Assembly: GCA_963742735.1 (NCBI GenBank)
Contig: CAVUMN010000004.1
Location: 1,184,001-1,248,000, forward strand
Source: an uncultured Actinomycetes bacterium
Lineage (GTDB): Bacteria > Actinomycetota > UBA4738 > JBBDTT01
Length of the DNA: 64,000 nt
Direction of reading: 5' to 3'
A program made the translations under genes and the position numbers. The stretch's first letter is position 1. Every line of letters starts with the position of its first letter. The notes beneath the pieces are model-generated. The model had not been told where the DNA came from. It did not search any database and was given only the letters and a program-made list of their open reading frames with translations. Positions 39,800 to 52,685 of this stretch are shown piece by piece.

Positions 39800-39894
39800 C
39801 CGCAGACTGCTGGGGCCGCAAGGCGTAATCCCCGCGAGGGGTACCAGCCGAGGCAGAGGCTCGACGCCTCCGCACGCGTCTGCGGGGGCGTTTT
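39800..39894 (+). ncRNA. L10 leader (rplJ autoregulatory RNA) with attenuator hairpin
   Basis: ccGCAGACtgctgg..GCAA..TAAT..ccagccgagg pattern, then hairpin gacgcctccgca/tgcgggggcgtt with T-run; directly 5' of rplJ; -10 TATCCT at 39786. Confidence 0.8.
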
Positions 39895-39912
39895 CCTATT
39901 TGGAGAGAAGAC

Positions 39913-40644
39913 ATGCCGACTCCCACCAAGGTTGCGAAGGTCCAGGAGCTCAAGGAGCAGCTGACCCAGTCGTCGGCCTCCCTGATCTCGGACTACCGCG
40001 GGATCACGGTCAAGGACGTGACCGAGCTTCGCGCCGCCCTCCGGGAGGCCGAGGCCACGTTTACCGTCGTCAAGAACACGCTGACGAAGCTGGCCGCCGT
40101 CGAGGCGGGCCTGGCCGAGCTCGAGGCGATCCTCGAGGGGCCCACCGCCATCACGTTCGTGAAGGGCGACGTGGTCATCGCCGCCAAGCGCCTGGCCGAC
40201 GCCGCCAAGCGCATCCCGTCCCTGGAGATCAAGGGCGGGGTCATGGAGGGCCGGGTCATCTCCGCCGACCAGGCCCGCCAGCTGGCCACGCTGGAGAGCC
40301 GCGAGGTCCTGCTGGCCAAGATGGCCGGCATGGCCAAGGCCTCGATGTCGAAGGCCGCGTACGCGTTCAACGCCCTGCAGTCGAAGTTCCTGTCGCTGCT
40401 CGAGGCGTACAAGGAGAAGGTCCCGCCGGGCGAGGCCCCGCCCGCCGAGGTCGAGGAGGCCCCGGCCGCCGAGGAGGCGCCCGCCGCCGAGGAGACGCCT
40501 GCGGCCGAGGAGGCGCCTGCGGCCGAGGAGACGCCTGCGGCCGAGGAGCCGGTTGAGGCTCCGGCCGCAGAGGATGCTTCCGAGCCGGTCGCCGAGGTCG
40601 AGGAGACCCCGGCCGGTTCGGACGAGACCGAAGGAGAGGAGTAG
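39913..40644 (+). CDS. rplJ: 50S ribosomal protein L10 with ~70 aa acidic repeat tail
   Basis: DYRGITV, VVKNTL, GPTAI, LATLESREVLLAK. Confidence 0.96.
   Translation: MPTPTKVAKVQELKEQLTQSSASLISDYRGITVKDVTELRAALREAEATFTVVKNTLTKLAAVEAGLAELEAILEGPTAITFVKGDVVIAAKRLADAAKRIPSLEIKGGVMEGRVISADQARQLATLESREVLLAKMAGMAKASMSKAAYAFNALQSKFLSLLEAYKEKVPPGEAPPAEVEEAPAAEEAPAAEETPAAEEAPAAEETPAAEEPVEAPAAEDASEPVAEVEETPAGSDETEGEE
40453..40542 (+). repeat. 18-bp tandem repeat x5 (EE[A/T]PAA) in the rplJ tail
   Basis: gaggag(g/a)c.cc.gc.gcc x5. Confidence 0.9.
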
Positions 40645-40647
40645 ACG

Positions 40648-41040
40648 ATGGCCAAGATGTCCACCGATGAGCTGCTCGACGCGTTCAAGGAGATGACGCT
40701 GATCGAGCTGTCGGAGTTCGTGAAGCAGTTCGAGGAGACGTTCGACGTCCAGGCGGCCGCCCCGGTGGCGGTCGGCGCCGCGGTGGCCGCCGGTGGCGGC
40801 GGTGGCGGCGGCGAGGAGGCCGAGGAGCAGACCGAGTTCGACGTGATCCTGACGGGCGCGGGCGACAAGAAGATCCAGGTCATCAAGGAGGTCCGTTCGC
40901 TCACCAGCCTGGGCCTCAAGGAGGCCAAGGATCTCGTGGACGGCGCCCCCAACCCGGTCCTGGAGCGGGTGCCCAAGGAGCAGGCCGACGCGGCCAAGGA
41001 GAAGCTCGAGGGCGCCGGCGCCTCCGTCGAGGTCAAGTAA
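40648..41040 (+). CDS. rplL: 50S ribosomal protein L7/L12
   Basis: [30 protein letters not shown]. Confidence 0.98.
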   Translation: MAKMSTDELLDAFKEMTLIELSEFVKQFEETFDVQAAAPVAVGAAVAAGGGGGGGEEAEEQTEFDVILTGAGDKKIQVIKEVRSLTSLGLKEAKDLVDGAPNPVLERVPKEQADAAKEKLEGAGASVEVK

Positions 41041-41048
41041 CCCGGCCG

Positions 41049-41924
41049 GTGAGCCGGTCCGTCCTGCAGGACGTTCGCGCCTTCTGGGACGCGAACCCCT
41101 GCGCGGCCAACCTGTCGGCTGATCCCGACCGCGTTCGGTACTTCACGGAGATCGCGGAGCGCCGCTACGCGTCCAAGCCCTACATCTGGCACTCGGCCCG
41201 GTTCGACGCGTTCCGGGGCCGCCGCGTCCTCGAGATCGGGTGCGGGATCGGGCTGGACGGGGCGAGCTTCGCCCGCGGGGGCGCACGCTACGTGGGCGTC
41301 GACCTCTCCTCGGAATCGCTGCGGCTGGCCCGGGAGCAGTTCGACCTGTTCGGCCTGCCGGGCGGGCTCCTCCAGACGAACGCGGAGCGGATGCCCTTCG
41401 CGGACGCGAGCGTGGACCACGTCTACAGCCACGGCGTGCTCCAGCACTCGCCGGACACCGAGGCGATCGTCGCGGAGATGCACCGGGTCCTGCGGCCGGG
41501 AGGGACGTTCCACGTGATGGTCTACAACCGGAGCTCGATCAACTACTGGATCGAGATCATGTTCCTGCGTCGCGTGCTCCGGTGGCTGCTCCGGCCCCGC
41601 GCCATGCCCCGGTTGGTGTCCCGGGCCACCGGCCTGCCGGAGCAGAAGCTGGCCCGGCATCGGGAGATCCTGCGCTCCGGCCGCCGGATGAGCACGCAGG
41701 AGTGGCTGAGCATCAACACCGACGGGCCGGACAACCCGCTGGCGAAGGTCTACGGCCGCCGAGAGGCGGCTCGGCTGTTCCGGGCGTTCCGAGAGGTACG
41801 GACGGGGGTGCGATTCTTCGACGCCGGCCACTGGCCGTTCGTGGGCCCCGCTCTGCCCTCGCGGACGACCGATTGGCTGGGCCGGAGATGGGGTTTCCAC
41901 CGCCTGGTGCAGGGGCGGAAATAA
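41049..41924 (+). CDS. Class I SAM-dependent methyltransferase
   Basis: VLEIGCGIGLD, GVDLS, MPFADASVDHVYSHGVLQHSPD, HRVLRPGG. Confidence 0.88.
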   Translation: MSRSVLQDVRAFWDANPCAANLSADPDRVRYFTEIAERRYASKPYIWHSARFDAFRGRRVLEIGCGIGLDGASFARGGARYVGVDLSSESLRLAREQFDLFGLPGGLLQTNAERMPFADASVDHVYSHGVLQHSPDTEAIVAEMHRVLRPGGTFHVMVYNRSSINYWIEIMFLRRVLRWLLRPRAMPRLVSRATGLPEQKLARHREILRSGRRMSTQEWLSINTDGPDNPLAKVYGRREAARLFRAFREVRTGVRFFDAGHWPFVGPALPSRTTDWLGRRWGFHRLVQGRK

Positions 41925-41928
41925 CTCC

Positions 41929-41957
41929 TTGCAATTCCGTGTTCAAACTCCTAGACT
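41929..41957 (+). promoter_or_regulatory. Primary-sigma promoter of rpoBC
   Basis: TTGCAA-17 bp-TAGACT. Confidence 0.7.
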
Positions 41958-42025
41958 GTTCGTTTGCCGTGCCGTCTCCCGCGTGGGGTCCTTTCACGCG
42001 TGTCATCCGCTAGGGGGGGTCATTC

Positions 42026-45000
42026 TTGTCTGATTCCGTGGCTCTGCGCGAGCGCGTCTCCTTCTCGAAGCTCCAGGAGGTGCTGCCGCTTCCGGATCTG
42101 GTGGGGATCCAGCGTCACTCCTTCGACTGGCTGCTGAACGAGGGGCTCGCCGAGACCTTCAAGGAGATCAGTCCCATTGAAGACTTCACCGAGACCTATC
42201 AGCTGACGTTCCAGAAGCACCAGTTCAAGGACATCAGCCACTCGGTGGAGGAGTGCAAGGACAAGGACATCACCTATTCCGCTCCACTGTTCGTCGAGGC
42301 CGCCTTCATCAACAAGGAGACCGGCGAGATCAAGGAGCAGGAGGTCTTCATGGGCGACTTCCCCATGATGACCGACAACGGAACCTTCATCATCAACGGC
42401 ACCGAGCGCGTCGTGGTCAGCCAGCTGGTGCGCTCGCCGGGTGTCTACTTCGACAAGTCCCTCGACAAGACGTCGGACAAGGACGTCTACGCGGCGAAGG
42501 TCATCCCCTCCCGCGGGGCGTGGCTGGAGTTCGAGGTCGACAAGCGCGACACCGTCGGCGTCCGCATCGACCGCAAGCGCCGCCAGAACGTCACCGTGCT
42601 CCTGAAGGCGATGGGCTGGACCGCCGATGAGATCCTCGAGCTGTTCGACGGGGCGGAGTCGATCAAGGCCACCCTGGAGAAGGACCACTTCGAGACCCCC
42701 GAGGAGGCTCTCGAGGACATCTACCGCAAGCTCCGTCCGGGCGAGCCCCCCACGGCCGAGTCGGCGCGGACCCTCCTGGAGAACCTGTTCTTCAACCCCA
42801 AGCGCTACGACCTGGCCAAGGTCGGCCGCTACAAGGTCGACAAGAAGCTCGGTGACGCGCCCGAGGAGCTCAAGAAGCAGCTCCGGCGCAAGTTCGACGG
42901 GCTGAAGCGAGAGCGGGCCGAGCTCGAGACGCGGCTGGCCGAGCTCATGAAGGAGGTGCCCTCCGAGGAGGAGCCCCCCACCCGCGAGATCGAACAGCTC
43001 CAGAACCAGCTCCGCCAGAAGGCGGCCCACATGGCCCGCATGTTCGCCCACCCCCTGCCCCAGGAGGGCGGCGACAAGGCCGGCACCCGGACGATCCTCA
43101 CCTACGAGGACATCCTGAAGTCGGTCTACTACCTGGTGAAGCTCCACGCCGGCGAGGCGAACTTCGAGACCGACGACATCGACCACTTCGGCAACCGCCG
43201 TCTTCGGTCGGTGGGCGAGCTCATCCAGAACCAGGTGCGCATCGGCCTGTCGCGGATGGAGCGGGTGGTGCGTGAGCGCATGACCACCCAGGACGTCGAG
43301 GCGATCACGCCGCAGACCCTGATCAACATCCGTCCGGTCGTGGCCGCGATCAAGGAGTTCTTCGGGACCTCCCAGCTGTCGCAGTTCATGGACCAGACGA
43401 ACCCGCTGTGCGGGCTCACCCACAAGCGCCGGCTGTCGGCGCTGGGGCCGGGCGGACTGTCCCGCGAGCGCGCGGGGTTCGAGGTCCGCGACGTGCACCC
43501 CTCCCACTACGGCCGGATGTGCCCGATCGAGACCCCGGAGGGCCCGAACATCGGCCTGATCGGGTCGCTTTCCTGCTACGGGCGCATCAACGACTACGGG
43601 TTCATCGAGACCCCGTACCGCAAGGTCGTCAACGGGAAGGTCACGGACCAGATCGACTACCTCCCCGCCTACGAGGAGGACAAGCACGTCATCGCCCAGG
43701 CCAACGCCGCGCTCGACGCGCGGGGGAACTTCCAGGACGACCACGTGCTGGTCCGGCGCAAGGGCGGGGAGATCGACTACGTCGAGCCCAACGACATCGA
43801 CTACATGGACGTCTCGCCGAAGCAGATCGTCTCGGTGGCGGCGGCGCTCATCCCGTTCCTGGAGCACGACGACGCCAACCGGGCTCTGATGGGCGCGAAC
43901 ATGCAGCGCCAGGCGGTTCCCCTGCTTCGCTCCGACGCCCCGCTGATCGGCACCGGCGTCGAGGGCCGGGCGGCCGTCGACGCGGGCGACGTGATCATCG
44001 TGGAGAACCCCGGCACCATCGAGGAGGTCTCGGCCGAGGAGATCGTGGTCCGCGAGCGGACCGGCACCCTGACGTCCTACAAGCTGCAGAAGTTCATGCG
44101 GTCGAACCAGGGCACCTGCATCAACCAGAAGCCCGTGGTCCGGACCGGGGACAAGGTCCAGAAGGGCCAGGTCATCGCGGACGGCCCCGCCACCGACATG
44201 GGCGAGATCGCCCTGGGCAAGAACCTGCTGGTCGCGTTCATGCCCTGGGAGGGTCACAACTACGAGGACGCCATCGTCATCTCCGAGCGCCTGGCCAAGG
44301 ACGACCTGCTCACCTCGATCCACATCGAGGAGCACGAGGTGGACGCGCGCGACACCAAGCTCGGCGCGGAGGAGATCACCCGGGACATCCCCAACGTCTC
44401 CGAGGAGATCCTGAAGGACCTCGACGAGCGGGGGATCGTCCGTGTCGGCGCCGAGGTGAACCCCGGCGACTACCTGGTGGGCAAGGTCACGCCCAAGGGC
44501 GAGACCGAGCTGACCCCCGAGGAGCGGCTGCTCCGCGCGATCTTCGGTGAGAAGGCCCGGGAGGTCCGGGACACCTCGCTGAAGGTCCCCCACGGGGAGT
44601 CCGGCAAGGTCATCGGCGTGCGGGTGTTCGCCCGCGACGCCGGCGACGAGCTGCCCCCGGGCGTGAACCAGCTGGTCCGGGTGTACGTGGCCCAGAAGCG
44701 GAAGATCTCCGACGGAGACAAGCTGGCCGGCCGCCACGGCAACAAGGGCGTCATCGCCAAGGTCCTTCCCGAGGAGGACATGCCGTTCCTCGAGGACGGG
44801 ACCCCGGTCGACATCGTCCTGAACCCGCTGGGCGTGCCGTCCCGGATGAACCTGGGGCAGGTCCTCGAGACCCACCTCGGGTGGGCGGCCAAGGTCGGCT
44901 ACAAGGTGAACGGCAAGGCCCAGGAGGGTCCGCTGTGGATCGCCACTCCCGTGTTCGACGGGGCGCGTGAGGGCGAGATCTCCGAGGCCCTGGCCACCTC

Positions 45001-45556
45001 GCTTCCCAACGCCGACGGGCAGAAGCTCGTGGACGAGCACGGGAAGGCCCAGCTGCTCGACGGCCGCTCCGGCGAGCCCTTCGACGTGCCGGTCACCGTC
45101 GGCTACATCTACATCATGAAGCTGCTCCACCTGGTGGACGACAAGATCCACGCGCGGAGCACCGGCCCCTACTCGATGATCACGCAGCAGCCCCTGGGCG
45201 GAAAGGCCCAGTTCGGCGGCCAGCGGTTCGGCGAGATGGAGGTCTGGGCCCTCGAGGCGTACGGCGCGGCCTACGCCCTGCAGGAGCTGCTGACGATCAA
45301 GTCCGACGACGTGCTTGGTCGCGTGAAGGTCTACGAGGCCATCGTCAAGGGCGAGAACATCCCCGAGCCGGGCATCCCCGAGAGCTTCAAGGTGCTCATC
45401 AAGGAGATGCAGTCCCTGTGCCTGAACGTCGAGGTCCTCTCGGCCGAGGGCAAGGAGATCGAGATGCGCGAGACCGACGAAGACGTGTTCCGCGCCGCCG
45501 AGGAGCTGGGCATCGACCTGAGCAGGCGCGAGCCCGCCGGAGCCGAGTTCGACTGA
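42026..45556 (+). CDS. rpoB: DNA-directed RNA polymerase subunit beta
   Basis: [51 protein letters not shown]; TTG start. Confidence 0.99.
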   Translation: MSDSVALRERVSFSKLQEVLPLPDLVGIQRHSFDWLLNEGLAETFKEISPIEDFTETYQLTFQKHQFKDISHSVEECKDKDITYSAPLFVEAAFINKETGEIKEQEVFMGDFPMMTDNGTFIINGTERVVVSQLVRSPGVYFDKSLDKTSDKDVYAAKVIPSRGAWLEFEVDKRDTVGVRIDRKRRQNVTVLLKAMGWTADEILELFDGAESIKATLEKDHFETPEEALEDIYRKLRPGEPPTAESARTLLENLFFNPKRYDLAKVGRYKVDKKLGDAPEELKKQLRRKFDGLKRERAELETRLAELMKEVPSEEEPPTREIEQLQNQLRQKAAHMARMFAHPLPQEGGDKAGTRTILTYEDILKSVYYLVKLHAGEANFETDDIDHFGNRRLRSVGELIQNQVRIGLSRMERVVRERMTTQDVEAITPQTLINIRPVVAAIKEFFGTSQLSQFMDQTNPLCGLTHKRRLSALGPGGLSRERAGFEVRDVHPSHYGRMCPIETPEGPNIGLIGSLSCYGRINDYGFIETPYRKVVNGKVTDQIDYLPAYEEDKHVIAQANAALDARGNFQDDHVLVRRKGGEIDYVEPNDIDYMDVSPKQIVSVAAALIPFLEHDDANRALMGANMQRQAVPLLRSDAPLIGTGVEGRAAVDAGDVIIVENPGTIEEVSAEEIVVRERTGTLTSYKLQKFMRSNQGTCINQKPVVRTGDKVQKGQVIADGPATDMGEIALGKNLLVAFMPWEGHNYEDAIVISERLAKDDLLTSIHIEEHEVDARDTKLGAEEITRDIPNVSEEILKDLDERGIVRVGAEVNPGDYLVGKVTPKGETELTPEERLLRAIFGEKAREVRDTSLKVPHGESGKVIGVRVFARDAGDELPPGVNQLVRVYVAQKRKISDGDKLAGRHGNKGVIAKVLPEEDMPFLEDGTPVDIVLNPLGVPSRMNLGQVLETHLGWAAKVGYKVNGKAQEGPLWIATPVFDGAREGEISEALATSLPNADGQKLVDEHGKAQLLDGRSGEPFDVPVTVGYIYIMKLLHLVDDKIHARSTGPYSMITQQPLGGKAQFGGQRFGEMEVWALEAYGAAYALQELLTIKSDDVLGRVKVYEAIVKGENIPEPGIPESFKVLIKEMQSLCLNVEVLSAEGKEIEMRETDEDVFRAAEELGIDLSRREPAGAEFD

Positions 45557-45609
45557 GCACGAGCACAACTGAAGAGCGACAGCGAGTGAGTGAGGGAGGC
45601 GGAGCCTAA

Positions 45610-49536
<3,927 letters not shown>

Positions 49537-49557
49537 GGAAGCCGGATCGAGCAAGAC

Positions 49558-49586
49558 CGGGCGGGGAGCGTGCTCCCCGCCCGTTT
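49558..49586 (+). terminator. Intrinsic terminator after rpoC
   Basis: cgggcggggagc/gctccccgcccg followed by ttt. Confidence 0.85.
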
Positions 49587-49622
49587 GCTGCCCGGCCTCA
49601 TACGGTTACAAACGAGGCATCG

Positions 49623-49651
49623 TTGACTGCGGCGGCGGGCGAGCGTACTTT
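49623..49651 (+). promoter_or_regulatory. Primary-sigma promoter of Ca-binding repeat protein 1
   Basis: TTGACT-17 bp-TACTTT. Confidence 0.65.
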
Positions 49652-49691
49652 GACCATCCTGCCCATCGGGGCCCTCGGAAAGGCTTTGTCA

Positions 49692-51305
49692 ATGCGCGTT
49701 CGGAGTCTGGCCGTCCTGTCGATCGTCGCGGTCTTCGCCACCATGCTCATGGCGTCGCCCGCGGCCGCCGCCGTCGTTCTGTACGACCAGACGGACAACG
49801 CGACGGGCGCGGGCATCCCCGTCCAGAACTTCGAGGCGTCGCTCGACTCGTTCGATTCTGAGGCCGCCGACGACTTCGTGATCCCGGGAGGCCAGACGTG
49901 GTCGATCACACAGGTCGACACGCCGGGCTTTTACACCGGCGGCCCCGCCGCGTCGCTGAACGTCCGGTTCTACGACACCTCCGGGACGCTGCCGGGGACG
50001 ATGGTGTACGAGGCGTTGGGCCTGGCAACCGTGGACACGGCCGGCGACTTCGCCACCCCGCTCACTTCCCCGGCGGTGCTCGGAGCCGGGACGTATTGGG
50101 TCTCCGTCCAGCCGAATCAGGACCTCGGGCAGTGGTTCTGGGACGCGCGCTCGGTCCAGTCGAACAACCCGTCGGCGTGGCGGAACCCGGGAGACGGGTT
50201 CGGCACAGGGTGCACCGCCTTCACGGCCACCATGACCTGCTGGGGCTCCCCGGACTTCCTGTTCAAGCTGACCGGCGACATCGTCGGCGCCGCCCCGAGC
50301 AACGACGACTTCGACGACCGGATCAGCCTCTCGGGGGTGGCAGGTCAGATCGACGGCACCAACGTCGGAGCCACGGAGGAGCCCGGCGAGCCGAACAATC
50401 CATCCGTGGCAGCTCCCATGGAGTCCGTCTGGTACGACTGGACGACCCCGGTCAACGGCCCCGCGTCTCTGAACACGTGCGTGAACGACTACGACACGAC
50501 GGTGGCGGTGTACACGGGAAGCTCGATCGGCGCGCTCACCCTGATCGACTCGAACGATGATGTGTGCGGACTTGGCTCCGAGCTGGCGTGGACGGCCGCG
50601 GCCGGGACGAGCTACAAGATCCAGGTCGACGGGAACTCCGGCCAGGAGGGCACGTTCACCCTGGCCTTCTCGCAGTGCACGATCGACGGGTCGACCGGCA
50701 ATGACAACCTCGTCGGCACCAACGGCGACGACGTGATCTGCGCCGGCCCGGGCAACGACACGATCTCGGCCCGCCGGGGCAACGACATCGTGCTCGGCGA
50801 GGACGGCAACGACCTGGCCCAGCTCGGCGGCGGCAACGACCAGTTCGACGGCGGCATCGGAAGCGACACCGTCGCCTACAACGAGGGCGCGGCCACCGGC
50901 GGCGGCTCCATCCACCTCGGCGCCCAGTCGGGCTCGGCGGGCGGCCTGGGCCTGGACACCTACACCTCGGTGGAGAACGCCTGGGGGACCGAGTTCAACG
51001 ACACCATCACGGGCTCGGCCGGTGACAACGTGATCGTCGGACGCGGCGGCAACGACACCGTGAACGCCAAGCTGGGCAACGACACGGTCGACGGCAAGGC
51101 CGGTGACGACACCCTCACCGGCTCCAGCGGCAACGACTCGATCGTGGGCGGCACGGGCGCCGACTTCCTGAACGGCAACGCCGGGGCCGACACCGTCAAC
51201 GGGATGGACGGCGTGGGCGGCAACGACACCGTCATGGGCGGGTCCGACTCCGACGTCGACACCTGCTCGTTCGACGTTGGAGACACCGTCAGCGAGTGTC
51301 CGTAG
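49692..51305 (+). CDS. Secreted protein: N-terminal beta-sandwich-like domain, PPC-like 'NDDF' domain, hemolysin-type Ca-binding (GGxGxD) repeats
   Basis: Sec signal (..SPAAA-A); PSNDDF..NVGATEEPGEP..SVWY..DTTVAVYTG; multiple GxGND nonapeptides. Confidence 0.85.
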   Translation: MRVRSLAVLSIVAVFATMLMASPAAAAVVLYDQTDNATGAGIPVQNFEASLDSFDSEAADDFVIPGGQTWSITQVDTPGFYTGGPAASLNVRFYDTSGTLPGTMVYEALGLATVDTAGDFATPLTSPAVLGAGTYWVSVQPNQDLGQWFWDARSVQSNNPSAWRNPGDGFGTGCTAFTATMTCWGSPDFLFKLTGDIVGAAPSNDDFDDRISLSGVAGQIDGTNVGATEEPGEPNNPSVAAPMESVWYDWTTPVNGPASLNTCVNDYDTTVAVYTGSSIGALTLIDSNDDVCGLGSELAWTAAAGTSYKIQVDGNSGQEGTFTLAFSQCTIDGSTGNDNLVGTNGDDVICAGPGNDTISARRGNDIVLGEDGNDLAQLGGGNDQFDGGIGSDTVAYNEGAATGGGSIHLGAQSGSAGGLGLDTYTSVENAWGTEFNDTITGSAGDNVIVGRGGNDTVNAKLGNDTVDGKAGDDTLTGSSGNDSIVGGTGADFLNGNAGADTVNGMDGVGGNDTVMGGSDSDVDTCSFDVGDTVSECP

Positions 51306-51352
51306 CGCGGAGCTGAACCATCGAACGGGCGGGGCTTCGGCCCCGCCCGTTT
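50652..51352 (+). repeat. Direct repeat copy 1 (~700 bp, offset 1279 bp from copy 2)
   Basis: Near-identical to 51931-52631 (about six mismatches by eye, all in the first ~160 bp); includes stop codon and terminator. Confidence 0.95.
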
Positions 51353-51353
51353 T
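51323..51353 (+). terminator. Intrinsic terminator
   Basis: gaacgggcggggc-ttcg-gccccgcccgtttt. Confidence 0.9.
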
Positions 51354-51379
51354 GTTGTGTAGGTCACAAGGCGGCCCTA

Positions 51380-51408
51380 TTGACCCGTTGCGGCCGCGTG
51401 CTTACGCT
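51380..51408 (+). promoter_or_regulatory. Primary-sigma promoter of Ca-binding repeat protein 2
   Basis: TTGACC-17 bp-TACGCT. Confidence 0.65.
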
Positions 51409-51471
51409 GTTGCGCACATCACCCACGAGCGGCCCCAGCGCCCCATGGTCGCCTGAGAGAGGAGTTTGCGC

Positions 51472-52584
51472 ATGAGCGCTCGTATTCTTCGGGCAGCCCT
51501 GGCGGTGGCACTGGTGGCCACGTTCCTGGTCGCCGGCGCCACGGCCGCCCTGGCCGCGCCCCCGGCCAACGACAACTTCGCCGACCGGATCTCGCTGACG
51601 GGGGTGGCGGGTCAGGTCAACGGCACCAACGTCGACTCCACCGGCGAGACGAACGAACCGGATCCCGTCTCCTTCGCGGACACGACCGTGTGGTACGACT
51701 GGACCACCCCGGTCAACGGTCCCGCCACCCTCAACACGTGCGCCTCGGACTTCGACACGACGATCAGCGTGTTCACCGGCGACACGCTCGAGTCGCTCGT
51801 GTTCGTCGCCGGCAATGACGATGACCCCGACTGCACGAGCACGAATTTCCTCGGCAGCCAGGTCGACTGGACGGCGACGGGCGGCACGAACTACAAGATC
51901 CAGGTGGACGGGCTCAATGCTGAGACGGGAACGTTCACCCTGGCCTGGTCGCAGTGCACGATCGACGGGTCGAGCGGCAACGACAACCTCGTCGGCACCA
52001 ACGGCGACGACGTGATCTGCGCCGGCCCGGGCAACGACACGATCTCGGCCCGCCGGGGCAACGACATCGTGCTCGGCGAGGACGGGGACGACCTGGCCCA
52101 GCTCGGCGGCGGCAACGACCAGTTCGACGGCGGCATCGGAAGCGACACCGTCGCCTACAACGAGGGCGCGGCCACCGGCGGCGGCTCCATCCACCTCGGC
52201 GCCCAGTCGGGCTCGGCGGGCGGCCTGGGCCTGGACACCTACACCTCGGTGGAGAACGCCTGGGGGACCGAGTTCAACGACACCATCACGGGCTCGGCCG
52301 GTGACAACGTGATCGTCGGACGCGGCGGCAACGACACCGTGAACGCCAAGCTGGGCAACGACACGGTCGACGGCAAGGCCGGTGACGACACCCTCACCGG
52401 CTCCAGCGGCAACGACTCGATCGTGGGCGGCACGGGCGCCGACTTCCTGAACGGCAACGCCGGGGCCGACACCGTCAACGGGATGGACGGCGTGGGCGGC
52501 AACGACACCGTCATGGGCGGGTCCGACTCCGACGTCGACACCTGCTCGTTCGACGTTGGAGACACCGTCAGCGAGTGTCCGTAG
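51472..52584 (+). CDS. Secreted protein: PPC-like 'NDNF' domain and hemolysin-type Ca-binding repeats (paralog of upstream gene)
   Basis: GAGGAG SD, signal peptide ending ALA-A; PANDNF..VWYDWT..DTTISVFTG; C-terminal ~215 aa almost identical to the paralog. Confidence 0.85.
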   Translation: MSARILRAALAVALVATFLVAGATAALAAPPANDNFADRISLTGVAGQVNGTNVDSTGETNEPDPVSFADTTVWYDWTTPVNGPATLNTCASDFDTTISVFTGDTLESLVFVAGNDDDPDCTSTNFLGSQVDWTATGGTNYKIQVDGLNAETGTFTLAWSQCTIDGSSGNDNLVGTNGDDVICAGPGNDTISARRGNDIVLGEDGDDLAQLGGGNDQFDGGIGSDTVAYNEGAATGGGSIHLGAQSGSAGGLGLDTYTSVENAWGTEFNDTITGSAGDNVIVGRGGNDTVNAKLGNDTVDGKAGDDTLTGSSGNDSIVGGTGADFLNGNAGADTVNGMDGVGGNDTVMGGSDSDVDTCSFDVGDTVSECP

Positions 52585-52631
52585 CGCGGAGCTGAACCAT
52601 CGAACGGGCGGGGCTTCGGCCCCGCCCGTTT
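51931..52631 (+). repeat. Direct repeat copy 2
   Basis: See copy 1. Confidence 0.95.
52602..52631 (+). terminator. Intrinsic terminator (duplicate)
   Basis: gaacgggcggggc-ttcg-gccccgcccgttt. Confidence 0.85.
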
Positions 52632-52685
52632 CATGTTGCTGGTCCCTGGCCCCGACGGCGGTCCTGAGCCCCTAGGCTGTCCGGC

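Noticed and set aside
35449-40542. Short tandem repeats as a CRISPR array
   Set aside because: In-frame coding repeats without spacers; no cas genes
50652-52631. Diversity-generating retroelement template/variable repeat pair
   Set aside because: Mismatches are not adenine-specific, both copies are coding 3' ends, and no reverse transcriptase is present
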